DNA from: a virus
Taxonomy: Duplodnaviria; Caudoviricetes
DNA length: 64,000 bases
Reading direction: 5' to 3' (one strand)
Virus record (IMG/VR): IMGVR_UViG_3300027734_003164
Location: 152,576-216,575 of that record
Position 1 is the first letter of the stretch. Every line of letters begins with the position of its first letter. Positions 8,194 through 18,434 of the stretch are shown here, one piece after another. The notes under the pieces were generated by a model. That model was given only the letters and a program-made list of their open reading frames with translations. It was not told the DNA's origin and did not search any database. The position numbers were made by a program, and so were the translations under genes.

Positions 8194-10890
8194 TTATGAA
8201 CAATTATTTAATACTTGAGTAACAATTCCATTCGAAATACTTATTAATACGTAGTTTGCTCCGTTTTGTGCGATATAAAATCCTGTCATACCATAGTAAT
8301 TACATGTCGTAGGTCCACTATAGAACACCGTACCAACTTGAATTTGTGGAGTATCAATGTGCATAGGATTAATTGCTCCATTGGTGTTACATGTTCCGGC
8401 AGATAAACACAACAACGAACTACAAGCCAACGAATAATTATTTGAAAAATTACCGTATTGATTGGTAGAAAAACTTAAATATGAAGATAAGTACGGGTGT
8501 GTTGTTAAGCAAGGTATTGGTGTCGGAGCAGGAGGACATAACGAGCAATCTGCGTTTTGACCATAAACTTGACCGTTCCATGTCACGGTTTGAGGCCCTG
8601 CAGATGGACCTGTAACAATATAACATTGACCATTTGTTCCACCAACAACATAATAGATGTCAAGATTTTGATATTGTGGAGGTATTGAAATAACTTCCGC
8701 TTCAGATTCACCTAAACACGGTATTGCCACTGCAAGTATATTTGCGGGCGTAGGGGTTGGTGTAGGTGTAGGAGTTGGGGTCGGTGTCGGAGTTGGTGTA
8801 GGTGTAGGAGTTGGAGTCGGTGTCGGTGCAGGCGCCAAACAATTAGGACACCAATAATCAAACAAATTAAATTTATCTTTTAAAATTCTAAAGTTGTGTT
8901 GTACTTGAGGACTTGCAAAAGGTTCAGTATACATTCTAAACTGTGATATACCACCCATAAATGAACCCCCAAAATTTTGTTCAACTAAAATATTTGTCGA
9001 TAAAGAATTTAAAGAAGTTGCTGATAAAATTTCATCTGGAAATAATTCAGGGTCTTGTATGTAAGGACCACTCAAAGGTATATAATCACCAATAAAGGTT
9101 AAAGTACTAGCAGTTGATGCCGATGTAAAGTAAGGTATTGAACCATATTCTACAGTAATTGTATTTGATTGTCCTGTCAAACCTGATAATGTTATTATAC
9201 TCCCGCTACAATTTGTATAAATTAAATTTGTGCCAATATTACCAACAGACCAAGACCATTGTTGACAAGAATCAAATATTAAATTGTCGTGTAATCCTTG
9301 ACTACCTCCACCCCAAGAAATATTAAACGGTACACCGATTTGTTTTTCTTTTTCACAATTTAATTCTCTTGGGATTATTTCTTCAAAGTTTTCAATTATG
9401 GTGAATAAGTAACCGTTAATATATAATTTGAGTCTTCCTAATCTATACCAAGTATCATCAAACCATTTATGGTCAAAAACAATTCTATAAACTTTATTTT
9501 CTTTTGTGTCACCAGAATGTGTTTCAGGTGGCATAATCAAATTATATGCAGTCCCGTTTAAAATAGATTGGTAAGTTACCTCTCTTATATCCCCTAAACC
9601 ACCAAGATTTAATAAATCACACTCTTCCATTGTTGTATATCTTTCAAAAACTGCCGTAACCATTACCCATCTGTCTTCAGTTATTGTACCACAAATGTAA
9701 TCACAAATTTCATAAATTGGGGGAGTACATACTTCTGTAATTGTATATCCTGTTTGAAAAGTAACACCAGTAGTTTCACAAACACCTGTTGTAACACAAT
9801 CTCCTGTAATTTTTATGTATTTTACACATAAACTTGGATTTAAAGGGCAACCACTAAATCTCATTGATAATCCATTTGATAATACATCAAACTTGGGGTC
9901 TAAAGGAGGGTTTGGAATTTGTTCTGTACATCCTCCGCAATTACACCCAATATTATGATACGCTGTAGTTGAACTTGTGGGGTATAATTTTACACAATTT
10001 GCATTTGTGTATCCCGTTTGATAACAAGTACAACTACTTAAACTACCTAAACCTATTGTACTTCTAGTATATCCCGAATCAGATTCAGGACTACCGCTTG
10101 CGTAATGATAAAATTTGTTTTCGGCTCTTGTCCCAAAATAGAAAAAAGTGCCGGAATTACTTGGGTATTTTGTATTTAAGTATTCTTGTGTTAAAGTATT
10201 AATTCCGTATTCTTCTATGTTTCTTGGTTTTATAACCGTCTCCATAGTCCAACCTTTATTTACTCGTTCAGGAAAAACTTCATAGTCATAACCAAAAAGT
10301 TTATAAAATCCTTGATAAAACCCACCATATAGTTCTTGATAATAACCGACCTTTTGGTTAAATTTTGACACAATATTATACATAGATTGCTTAGGTCTTC
10401 CTGAAAAAACCACATTTGGTGGATTAGTATAACCCGTAACCATATGCATCTTCATACGTCTATCATAATAATAGGGATTAAATTTAAAATCGTTTCTAAT
10501 CCCCATGGTGTAGTACAAAGTTTGACCAGTTAAAGATGTAAACAATCCATTATCAGTACCCACTAATCCCACGTCACAAGTTCCTGTAAATGCTGATATA
10601 CAATTTAAATCAACATTATTAGGGTTGTAATAATTTTTACTAACTAATGTGGCGTTGATATAAAAGTTATTAAATAACATAGGTATTTGAGGACAAGTAT
10701 TGGAATTTCCTAAATCAAATAAAATTGGAAGTCTATTTCCGTCATTGTATGCGATGAGTTCGTTAGAGAATACCACTTCTTCATCGTAGTCTTTTTCGTC
10801 TCCGACAAGTGTAAAATCAAAATAGTCCGCAAAATTTAATTTTTGGGAATATTTTGGTGTAAAATATGAATTAATACTTTGACTTGGCAT
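8194..10890 (-). CDS. Large modular virion protein (probable ConA/LamG-like region, Pro-Thr linker, Cys-rich C-terminal modules)
   Basis: 898 aa; RLKLYING and GGISQFRMY..P motifs typical of LamG-like folds; (TP)n linker; late motif 7 nt upstream. Confidence 0.55.
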   Translation of the reverse strand: MPSQSINSYFTPKYSQKLNFADYFDFTLVGDEKDYDEEVVFSNELIAYNDGNRLPILFDLGNSNTCPQIPMLFNNFYINATLVSKNYYNPNNVDLNCISAFTGTCDVGLVGTDNGLFTSLTGQTLYYTMGIRNDFKFNPYYYDRRMKMHMVTGYTNPPNVVFSGRPKQSMYNIVSKFNQKVGYYQELYGGFYQGFYKLFGYDYEVFPERVNKGWTMETVIKPRNIEEYGINTLTQEYLNTKYPSNSGTFFYFGTRAENKFYHYASGSPESDSGYTRSTIGLGSLSSCTCYQTGYTNANCVKLYPTSSTTAYHNIGCNCGGCTEQIPNPPLDPKFDVLSNGLSMRFSGCPLNPSLCVKYIKITGDCVTTGVCETTGVTFQTGYTITEVCTPPIYEICDYICGTITEDRWVMVTAVFERYTTMEECDLLNLGGLGDIREVTYQSILNGTAYNLIMPPETHSGDTKENKVYRIVFDHKWFDDTWYRLGRLKLYINGYLFTIIENFEEIIPRELNCEKEKQIGVPFNISWGGGSQGLHDNLIFDSCQQWSWSVGNIGTNLIYTNCSGSIITLSGLTGQSNTITVEYGSIPYFTSASTASTLTFIGDYIPLSGPYIQDPELFPDEILSATSLNSLSTNILVEQNFGGSFMGGISQFRMYTEPFASPQVQHNFRILKDKFNLFDYWCPNCLAPAPTPTPTPTPTPTPTPTPTPTPTPTPTPANILAVAIPCLGESEAEVISIPPQYQNLDIYYVVGGTNGQCYIVTGPSAGPQTVTWNGQVYGQNADCSLCPPAPTPIPCLTTHPYLSSYLSFSTNQYGNFSNNYSLACSSLLCLSAGTCNTNGAINPMHIDTPQIQVGTVFYSGPTTCNYYGMTGFYIAQNGANYVLISISNGIVTQVLNNCS
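8746..8831 (-). repeat. 6-bp degenerate tandem repeat encoding a (Thr-Pro)n linker
   Basis: PAPTPTPTPTPTPTPTPTPTPTPTPTPTPA in the translation; ggtgtaggtgtaggagttgg-type repeats in the DNA. Confidence 0.9.
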
Positions 10891-10939
10891 TTTTATTAAT
10901 AAATACTTTAACAGAAGATATTTATATAAAAAGTATTAA

Positions 10940-11656
10940 ATGAAAACTTATAAATATTCTACAAAAGAAAGAGCAGAAAGAGTTGCTAAGACTTTAGGAT
11001 GTACAGGTTCACACCAACATACAGAAAAAGGTAAGAAGATTTTTATGCCTTGTAAGAGTCATGAAATTTTCACAAAAAAAACAAAAAACTCAGATGGTGA
11101 GGTTACAGAATTGGTAGATGATGATGGAACTTGGAAATCATCTTCTATACCTATTTTGAATCCTGCAACGACAGGAACAAAAAACAACCCGACAACTACA
11201 GATAAAATTGTTTCTATGAGTAAAAACCCAAGAGACCCACTTTTAAGGGGTTGGTATGGTTATTATGGTGAAGGTCACGTAAAAGAAATTGACATGTCGA
11301 AGGCTTTTGGTTTCGAAGACACAAAATTTATGGATGCAGAAGAAACTGAGAAATTTTTCAAAAAAGAATTAAAGTTAAAACCACAAAACGCAAAAGTAAG
11401 AACATTAGACCAAGGAAAGAAAAAAGGGTTAGATAAAAAAACACCCCCACAAATAAAAAAGAAAAAAGGGTTTATAGATAGAGAAATACTAAAAGAGTTG
11501 GAATTAGATGAGGAAATTTTATTAGACAAATCAAGAAAATCAGACGATGGTGTTATTGGTGATTTAATTAAAAAAAATGTAAGAGCCCTTAAAAAAATGG
11601 CAAATGACAACAACATTTCTCTTCAAGAATTAATTTATATGTTAAAAGATGAATAG
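10940..11656 (+). CDS. Hypothetical late protein with N-terminal Cys/His mini-domain
   Basis: 238-aa ORF, GCTGSHQH...FMPCKSH; late motif 13 nt upstream. Confidence 0.7.
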   Translation: MKTYKYSTKERAERVAKTLGCTGSHQHTEKGKKIFMPCKSHEIFTKKTKNSDGEVTELVDDDGTWKSSSIPILNPATTGTKNNPTTTDKIVSMSKNPRDPLLRGWYGYYGEGHVKEIDMSKAFGFEDTKFMDAEETEKFFKKELKLKPQNAKVRTLDQGKKKGLDKKTPPQIKKKKGFIDREILKELELDEEILLDKSRKSDDGVIGDLIKKNVRALKKMANDNNISLQELIYMLKDE

Positions 11657-12113
11657 TTCATTATACGATAGAAAGGCGGTTGTGCCCGATACATTGTTAA
11701 AACATTTAGAACAATGTTTTAGTTCGACAGATGGTGACGAAGGAACTGAAGGGTATAATAGAAATAAAGAATTGCGTGAAAAAAAAGTTGCAACCTACCA
11801 ACAAATAAAAAGAATAAAAAATTGGTTTGATGGTTACAACGGAAATAAAAAGGACGCTCCTTTTATTTTAAACGGTGGAGACAGAATGAAATCTTGGTGT
11901 GATGAGGTTTTAAAAACTTGGAGAAACAGTGTCGAGGGTGGAAAAAAAGTTAAAAGTGATACGGGAATGCAAAACCAGTTTAACGACACTCATGAAAAAA
12001 ATGGCATTAATTTAATACCAAGTAAAAGACATGAAAAGGGGGGAAATAAATTTGATACGTCAATAAAAGAAGAAGTTAAAAAAATAAACTATTTAATTAA
12101 AAAAATATTGTAA
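11649..12113 (+). CDS. Hypothetical protein
   Basis: 154-aa ORF overlapping its neighbours in an operon. Confidence 0.7.
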   Translation: MNSSLYDRKAVVPDTLLKHLEQCFSSTDGDEGTEGYNRNKELREKKVATYQQIKRIKNWFDGYNGNKKDAPFILNGGDRMKSWCDEVLKTWRNSVEGGKKVKSDTGMQNQFNDTHEKNGINLIPSKRHEKGGNKFDTSIKEEVKKINYLIKKIL

Positions 12114-12406
12114 TGGCAGTTCAATCAGATAAATTAGATTTTTCGCAACCTGACAACACGTTGTCAAAAATTGCCGAAGAACAAAGAAGAAAAATGTTCG
12201 CTCGTAATGATTTCAAGGAAGTTAATCCCTATTCAAGTGTTAATCCCGCAGCATTAGCAGATGGTGATGGTAAAGGTAGAGGTACTGGTGGTGATTTAGA
12301 TATATACAATCAAAATGCAGGAACAGCACTTGATAGATTTGAAAGAAAAGACGATTTGAAAAGTAATAAATTTTCAGAAAAAAATCCTTATTACGTTCCA
12401 CAATGA
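12113..12406 (+). CDS. Hypothetical protein
   Basis: 97-aa ORF coupled by a TAATG overlap upstream and overlapping the downstream start. Confidence 0.7.
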   Translation: MAVQSDKLDFSQPDNTLSKIAEEQRRKMFARNDFKEVNPYSSVNPAALADGDGKGRGTGGDLDIYNQNAGTALDRFERKDDLKSNKFSEKNPYYVPQ

Positions 12407-12792
12407 AATTAGTCAGCAATCTTAGTGAATTGATTACAGAAATTGCCGCAATTTCTGACATGACGGATTCTATTAAAAAAAGAAACGTGGTAACAATTTA
12501 CTATGATGGTAATGATAATGGTGGTAAAGGATATAGAACAATAGAGCCTGTGTGTTTAGGATTTTCAAAAAGAGATAATATGGTTTTAAGAGCGTGGGAA
12601 AGAGAAGGTGCTTCCTACAGTGCACAAAATAAAGGTAATGTTTTACCAGGTTGGAGATTATTTAGAGTAGATAAAATCTTTACATATAAACCCTCCTTTG
12701 ATAAGTTTGATGAAGTTAGACCTAACTATAATCCACAAGGTGATAAATCAATGATTAGAGTTTTACTTAACGCTAAATTTGATAATGAATAA
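12403..12792 (+). CDS. Stand-alone WYL-domain protein
   Basis: IYY..G.RTIEPVCLG...LRAW...GWRLFRVDKI...RPNYNP is the WYL pattern; no HTH domain. Confidence 0.75.
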   Translation: MKLVSNLSELITEIAAISDMTDSIKKRNVVTIYYDGNDNGGKGYRTIEPVCLGFSKRDNMVLRAWEREGASYSAQNKGNVLPGWRLFRVDKIFTYKPSFDKFDEVRPNYNPQGDKSMIRVLLNAKFDNE

Positions 12793-12805
12793 AAAATAAA
12801 AAAAT

Positions 12806-13441
12806 ATGTCATCAGCAGAAGAATTAATGCAAAGATTGGCCGTGTCCAAAAAAATTATGGACAGACAGAGCACAATAAAAAGAGGTGAAATTCCACAAAA
12901 TATTAATGCGGCACCAATGTTAGAGAGTTTTAACACTCCTCAGGCTACGTATAACATACCACAAGAATTTTTATCTGAAACCCCAACACAGAGTCAAAAA
13001 CCAAACTTTGACCCAACAAAACCAATTGAAGAATCAAAAATTTTAAATTCAAAATTACCAGAGGAAATTAAAAAATTAATGATTGAAAAACCAATAATAC
13101 AACCCAATACTATGTCAAGTGCATCAATATCGGATGATATTATTGAAGGGGCACAAAGACTAATGAAAATGGAAAGTAAAAATTTACAACCATCCGATTC
13201 ATTACCAAAATCAAATATCAAAACAACAACTCAAAACGTACAATCACAATTTAATATAAATGAAATGAGAACAATGATTAGAGATGTTGTAAGAGATGTG
13301 GTTAGAGATGTTATTAGAGAAGAATTGCAAGACGCTGGTGTCATCAGCGAATCATCTGAAGATGCCAACGAATCAATCCAATTTAAAGTTGGTAAACACA
13401 TATTTTTAGGTAGAGTTACAAAAATTCAAAAAGTAAAATAA
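12806..13441 (+). CDS. Hypothetical protein
   Basis: 211-aa ORF, last in its operon before a hairpin terminator; contains an RDVV x3 repeat. Confidence 0.7.
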   Translation: MSSAEELMQRLAVSKKIMDRQSTIKRGEIPQNINAAPMLESFNTPQATYNIPQEFLSETPTQSQKPNFDPTKPIEESKILNSKLPEEIKKLMIEKPIIQPNTMSSASISDDIIEGAQRLMKMESKNLQPSDSLPKSNIKTTTQNVQSQFNINEMRTMIRDVVRDVVRDVIREELQDAGVISESSEDANESIQFKVGKHIFLGRVTKIQKVK

Positions 13442-13459
13442 CTTTAAATAAAATTAAAA

Positions 13460-13490
13460 AAAAATCCACCTATTTTAGGTGGATTTTTTT
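13460..13490 (+). terminator. Intrinsic terminator, potentially bidirectional
   Basis: AAAAATCCACCTA-TTT-TAGGTGGATTTTT followed by a T-run. Confidence 0.9.
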
Positions 13491-13509
13491 TTAATGAATA
13501 TTTTGAGGA

Positions 13510-13540
13510 TTGATTTAATTGTAAATTAGTTTTATATTTT
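13510..13540 (+). promoter_or_regulatory. Putative Bacteroidota-type promoter for the glycan operon
   Basis: TTG (13510-13512) - 20 nt - TATATTTT (13533-13540), just after the terminator. Confidence 0.4.
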
Positions 13541-13590
13541 CATTATAGTTGGTTAATACGCCCTCTATATTTAAAAAATCAATTACACAC

Positions 13591-14805
13591 ATGAAAAAAA
13601 TTAAAGTACTTGTTCTAGCTAGTGACCGCACAGGAGTTGGAAAATTTAGGTCTATAGACCCTCACGTAATGTTACAAAATAATCACTCAGATGAATTTCA
13701 CGTAGATATAGATTACGACCCAAAAATTAATGATTATAACTATTGGAAACAATATGACATTGTTCACTTCCATAGGTCAATTGGTCAAGATTTTGACCAA
13801 GCTAATGATTTAATCAAAAGGTTAAACTCTATTGGAGTAATTACAATTATGGATTTAGACGACTATTGGTTGCCGACTAAAGAACACCCAATTCATCAAC
13901 TAATCATACAGAACAAAATAAATGAAAAGATAGTTGCAAATTTAAAAGTAGCAGCACATGTTACAACAACAACTTCTTTATTCGCTTCAGAAATATCTAA
14001 AATTAATAAAAACGTATACGTTCTTCCAAACGCCATTAATCCAAAAGAACCTCAATTTAAATATGAAACAAAACCGTCAGATAAACTTCGTTTTGGATGG
14101 TTGGGCGGTTCTTCTCACTTACATGATTTAAAATTATTAAACGGTGTTACAAATAAATTAAAAGATAGTCATGACAAATTTTCATTGTATCTATGTGGTT
14201 TCGATACAAGAGGAAGTGTTACTGAAATTAATAAAGAAACAGGTGAACAAAAACAAAGACCGATACGACCAGAAGAAACCGTATGGGCACGTTATGAAGA
14301 AATTTTTACTGACAATTATAAGTTAGTTTCTCCCCAACATCTTGAATACCTGAAAAAATTTGAGGATTCTGAATATATTATGGAGTCTGAACCTTTTTAC
14401 AATCGAGTTTGGACAAAACCTGTTACAAGTTACGCTTCAAATTATAGATTATTTGACGTTTCATTAGCTCCGATTGTAAATCATATTTTTAACCGAGTTA
14501 AGTCGCAATTAAAAGTTATTGAAGCTGGTTTTTACAAAAAAGCAATTATTGCTTCAAATGTTGGTCCCTACACTATTGATTTAAAACACGCATTAAAAAA
14601 TGGTCAATTCTCTGACGGAAATGCACTTTTAGTTGATGAAGTAAAAAATCATAGTGATTGGGCTAAAAACATGAAAAAATTAATTGATAATCCTAACTTT
14701 GCTTATGACTTGGGACAACGATTGTATGAAACGGTTAAAGACACATATGATTTGAATGTGGTCACAAAAAATAGAGCGGAACTTTATAAATCTTTAATAA
14801 AATGA
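13591..14805 (+). CDS. Glycosyltransferase, GT-B fold (GT4-like)
   Basis: MDLDDYW, LRFGWLGGSSH, FDVSLAPI...KSQLKVIEAG. Start placed at ATG 13591 (the track uses a TTG at 13549). Confidence 0.8.
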   Translation: MKKIKVLVLASDRTGVGKFRSIDPHVMLQNNHSDEFHVDIDYDPKINDYNYWKQYDIVHFHRSIGQDFDQANDLIKRLNSIGVITIMDLDDYWLPTKEHPIHQLIIQNKINEKIVANLKVAAHVTTTTSLFASEISKINKNVYVLPNAINPKEPQFKYETKPSDKLRFGWLGGSSHLHDLKLLNGVTNKLKDSHDKFSLYLCGFDTRGSVTEINKETGEQKQRPIRPEETVWARYEEIFTDNYKLVSPQHLEYLKKFEDSEYIMESEPFYNRVWTKPVTSYASNYRLFDVSLAPIVNHIFNRVKSQLKVIEAGFYKKAIIASNVGPYTIDLKHALKNGQFSDGNALLVDEVKNHSDWAKNMKKLIDNPNFAYDLGQRLYETVKDTYDLNVVTKNRAELYKSLIK

Positions 14806-15530
14806 TAAACATACCTATTAACAAAATTTTATTTATCGACATTGAAACTGTTGGTATATGTAAGGATTGGCGGACTTGTCAAGAAAATCACCCCAAAATT
14901 GCAGAACAATTTGTTAAATACTTTGATTGGTTTTTAAAACGATTTCCTGAAGATGACGTTGAGACGAATGGTCTTGAAGAAGAACTTCAAAAAATGAATG
15001 ATGTTTATTCTTCAAGAGCGGCACTTGTTCCAGAGTTTGCTAAAATTGTTTGTGTATCAATGGCATTTGTTTTAGAAAACGGTGAAGTAAAAAAACAAAC
15101 TTTTAAAAATGACAGCGAAGAGGATTTATTGTTGGAAGTTAGAAATTTATTAGACCGTTGTCACAAATTAGATTTTTATTTGTGTGGGCATAATTTAAAA
15201 AACTTTGACATACCTATGTTGGCAAAACGTATGATTATTAACAACATTATGCCATCAAAAATACTTCCATCATACGACACTAAACCATGGGAAGTAAAAG
15301 CAATTGACACTAAAGAAATTTGGCAATACGGTTCGTATAGTTCAATTGGTTCTTTAGATTTAATGTGTTCTTGTTTAGATATTCCAACACCAAAAGATGG
15401 TGAAATAAATGGGGGTATGGTTCATCAGGCATATTGGAATCAGAATAGACTTGATGAAATTGCAAAATATTGTGAAAAAGATGTTGATGTTTTGATTGAA
15501 TCAATAAAAAAATTAAAAAGTTTAAAATAA
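14802..15530 (+). CDS. PolB-like 3'-5' exonuclease (DEDD)
   Basis: FIDIETV, HNLKNFDIPML, YCEKDV motifs. Confidence 0.85.
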   Translation: MINIPINKILFIDIETVGICKDWRTCQENHPKIAEQFVKYFDWFLKRFPEDDVETNGLEEELQKMNDVYSSRAALVPEFAKIVCVSMAFVLENGEVKKQTFKNDSEEDLLLEVRNLLDRCHKLDFYLCGHNLKNFDIPMLAKRMIINNIMPSKILPSYDTKPWEVKAIDTKEIWQYGSYSSIGSLDLMCSCLDIPTPKDGEINGGMVHQAYWNQNRLDEIAKYCEKDVDVLIESIKKLKSLK

Positions 15531-16132
15531 TGTTTGAAAATATAAAAGATTTAAAAAATAGCATGAAAGCTTTAAAGGAGCTTCAATCTCAATTTGGTAA
15601 TGTTGACATGACAAATCCTGAAAGTATGTTAAAATCCATGGGACTTAATGTTGATGAAATCAATCAACATTTTGAAGGTCAATTTACATCAGAAGTTAAT
15701 TTAAATTTTGTGAATAGTAGTGACAATCAAAACCCTGAATACGCTTATAAAGGTGATTCGGGGTTTGATTTAAGAGCTTCGGAAGAAAAATGGGTTTTTC
15801 CAAACTCAAGAGTTTTAATACCTACAGGTTTAAAATTTGACATTCCTGATGGTTATGAAATACAAGTAAGGTCTAAAAGTGGTTTAGCATTAAATCAAGG
15901 ATTATTTGTTTTAAATTCACCTGGCACGGTTGATAGTGGATACTTAGGTGAAATACAAGTTATTTTATTTAACACAACAACAGAAAAAGTTAAAATTGAA
16001 AAGGGTCAAAAAATTGCCCAAGCGGTTCTTTGTCCTGTTGTTAATGGCAAATGGGTTAATTTAACACAAATTTCAAATTTAGGTTCAAAAGACCGAAATG
16101 ATAATGGATTTGGTTCAACAGGTTTAGTATGA
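15530..16132 (+). CDS. dut: Trimeric dUTPase with N-terminal extension
   Basis: All five motifs: SGFDL, RSKSGLA, GTVDSGYLGE, KIAQ, RNDNGFGSTG. Confidence 0.92.
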   Translation: MFENIKDLKNSMKALKELQSQFGNVDMTNPESMLKSMGLNVDEINQHFEGQFTSEVNLNFVNSSDNQNPEYAYKGDSGFDLRASEEKWVFPNSRVLIPTGLKFDIPDGYEIQVRSKSGLALNQGLFVLNSPGTVDSGYLGEIQVILFNTTTEKVKIEKGQKIAQAVLCPVVNGKWVNLTQISNLGSKDRNDNGFGSTGLV

Positions 16133-17769
16133 TTACAGTAGGATTTTCAACAAGAAAAATAGATGACAATTTTGTCTCGATGTTAAAAAAAACGTCAGGA
16201 GTAAGTAAATTGGAAATAATACCAATCGAAAACAATGGTGTATTTTCTCTTAGTGAAGCTTATAATAAAATTTTAAACGATTCCACTAATGACATTGTTG
16301 TATTGATGCATGACGACATTTATTTTGATAGCAAGAATTGGGCATCAAAAGTTTTAAATTATTTTAAAAGAAATCCTGACTATGGTATTCTTGGTGTTGC
16401 CGGCTCAACTTCGTTACCTTCTTCTGGTAAATGGTGGGAAGATTTTTCAAAACTTAAAGGAATTGTTAATCATGAACATGAAGGAAAAAAATGGGAGTCA
16501 AAATATTCAACAAGTAAGGGTAATCAGTTAGATGACGTATTGTTGGTAGATGGATTATTTATAGCAATTAATAAAAAAAATATTAAACACAACTTTAACG
16601 AAGAAGTTAAAGGGTTTCACTTTTACGATGTAGATTTTTCTTTTAGAAATTATTTAGAAGATGTTAAAATTGGGGTTATGTATGATGTAAGAGTTACACA
16701 TAAATCAATTGGTATGACTAATGAACAATGGGAAAAAAATAGAGAAGAGTTTGCAGAAAAATTCAAAGATGTTTTACCCGTTAAAATCAAACGAAATCTT
16801 ACAATCGATTCACCTTTAAAAGTTTTATTATCTTGTTTATTTTTTAAATCTTTTACAGGTTCAGAAATGTATGTTTATGAATTAGCAAGAGGATTAAAAA
16901 AATTAAATTGTGACGTTACGGTACTATCAGACATTAATGGACCCTTATCTCAATTAGCAAAACAACAAGGAATCAAAGTCGTTTCATTTCAAGATGCTCC
17001 TGGTTACAAAATGGGAGATGGAAAGTGGGGATTTAACACACCACAAGGGTTTCAACCGACACAACAAAATGTAATGTACAAAATTGGTGATGTTAATTAT
17101 GATATAATTCATACTCAACACACACCCGTTTCAAATCAAATGTGTCAGATGTATCCTAATATTTCAAAAATATCAACAATACATTCTGAAGTCATAGAAT
17201 TAGAAAATCCAATTATTCACAATTCAATTAAAAAATATATTTGCATTCGTCCTGAAATACAAAACCATATTGTTGAAAAATTTAATATTGATAAGGATAA
17301 TACTAAAGTAATTTATAACCCAATCGACACAAAAAGATTCAATTCAAATAACATTAAAGATGATAATTACGTTTTGTTTGTTGGGACAATTGATTATTTA
17401 AGAGAAAATACAATAAGAGATTTAGTTACATACTCCTCTGAAATTAATAAAGAATTATGGTTAGTTGGTGAAAATAAATCAAATTACTTGGATGATTTAT
17501 TAAAAAATCCACACGTAAAACATTTTAACGCAACAAGTAAAGTTGAACAGTATGTTAAAAACTGTTCTGAAACCGCAGGTATTCTTTTGGGAAGAACAAC
17601 TATTGAAGGTTGGATGTGTAATAAACCCGGATGGATTTACAATGTTGAAAGTAGTGGTTATATTTTAGATAAAAAATTACATATGCCGCCGACAGATGTT
17701 AGTAAATTTGATTCTATTGAGGTTGCAAAAAAAATAAAAGAAGAATATATTAAAGTTATAAATCAATGA
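16129..17769 (+). CDS. Two-domain glycosyltransferase (GT-A/GT2-like fused to GT-B/GT4-like)
   Basis: N-part VLMHDDI and FHFYDVD; C-part FTGSEMYVYELA, IYNPID, LGRTTIEG. Confidence 0.8.
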   Translation: MITVGFSTRKIDDNFVSMLKKTSGVSKLEIIPIENNGVFSLSEAYNKILNDSTNDIVVLMHDDIYFDSKNWASKVLNYFKRNPDYGILGVAGSTSLPSSGKWWEDFSKLKGIVNHEHEGKKWESKYSTSKGNQLDDVLLVDGLFIAINKKNIKHNFNEEVKGFHFYDVDFSFRNYLEDVKIGVMYDVRVTHKSIGMTNEQWEKNREEFAEKFKDVLPVKIKRNLTIDSPLKVLLSCLFFKSFTGSEMYVYELARGLKKLNCDVTVLSDINGPLSQLAKQQGIKVVSFQDAPGYKMGDGKWGFNTPQGFQPTQQNVMYKIGDVNYDIIHTQHTPVSNQMCQMYPNISKISTIHSEVIELENPIIHNSIKKYICIRPEIQNHIVEKFNIDKDNTKVIYNPIDTKRFNSNNIKDDNYVLFVGTIDYLRENTIRDLVTYSSEINKELWLVGENKSNYLDDLLKNPHVKHFNATSKVEQYVKNCSETAGILLGRTTIEGWMCNKPGWIYNVESSGYILDKKLHMPPTDVSKFDSIEVAKKIKEEYIKVINQ

Positions 17770-18434
17770 AATTATTAATAAAGTTTCCAACAAGAGGTAG
17801 AGTAGATAAATTTTTTTCAGTATTACAAATTTATCATGATTTATGTTTAGATATTGATAATACTGAATTTCTCATATCCATAGATGAAGATGATAATTCT
17901 ATGAACAACGATGAAGTTATAAATAAAATAAAGAGTTATAAAAATACAACTCTCAAAATTGGTCTTTCTAATTCTAAAATTCATGCCGTCAATAGGGATT
18001 TAAATGAACATAAAAATAAATGGGATATTCTTTTATTGGCCTCTGATGACATGATTCCGCAAATAAAAGGTTATGATAAGATTATAAAAGATAATATGTT
18101 GTTTAATTATCCAGATTTGGATGGTGTATTGTGGTTTAATGACGGTTATCAGGGAAACAAATTAAATACACTATGTATTTTAGGTTATAAATATTATAAA
18201 CGTTTTAATTATATATATCACCCCGATTATAAATCATGCTGGTCAGACAATGAATTTATGCTTGTTGGAAATTTGTTACGTAAACAATCATATATAGACC
18301 AAGTCATCATTAGACATGAACATCCGGACTGGGGGTATGGGAATATAGATTTTGTACATGATAATAATGTAAAAGACTTAAGTCATGACTACAACGTATT
18401 CCAATTAAGAAAATCAATAAATTTTGAAATATGA
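17766..18434 (+). CDS. GT-A fold glycosyltransferase (GT2-like)
   Basis: KFPTRGR, LLLASDDM, WSDNEF, IIRHEH motifs. Confidence 0.7.
   Translation: MKLLIKFPTRGRVDKFFSVLQIYHDLCLDIDNTEFLISIDEDDNSMNNDEVINKIKSYKNTTLKIGLSNSKIHAVNRDLNEHKNKWDILLLASDDMIPQIKGYDKIIKDNMLFNYPDLDGVLWFNDGYQGNKLNTLCILGYKYYKRFNYIYHPDYKSCWSDNEFMLVGNLLRKQSYIDQVIIRHEHPDWGYGNIDFVHDNNVKDLSHDYNVFQLRKSINFEI

Noticed and set aside
13280-13320. 12-bp repeat AGAGATGTnnnn x3
   Set aside because: It simply encodes an amphipathic RDVV helix; there is no sign of a DNA-level role.
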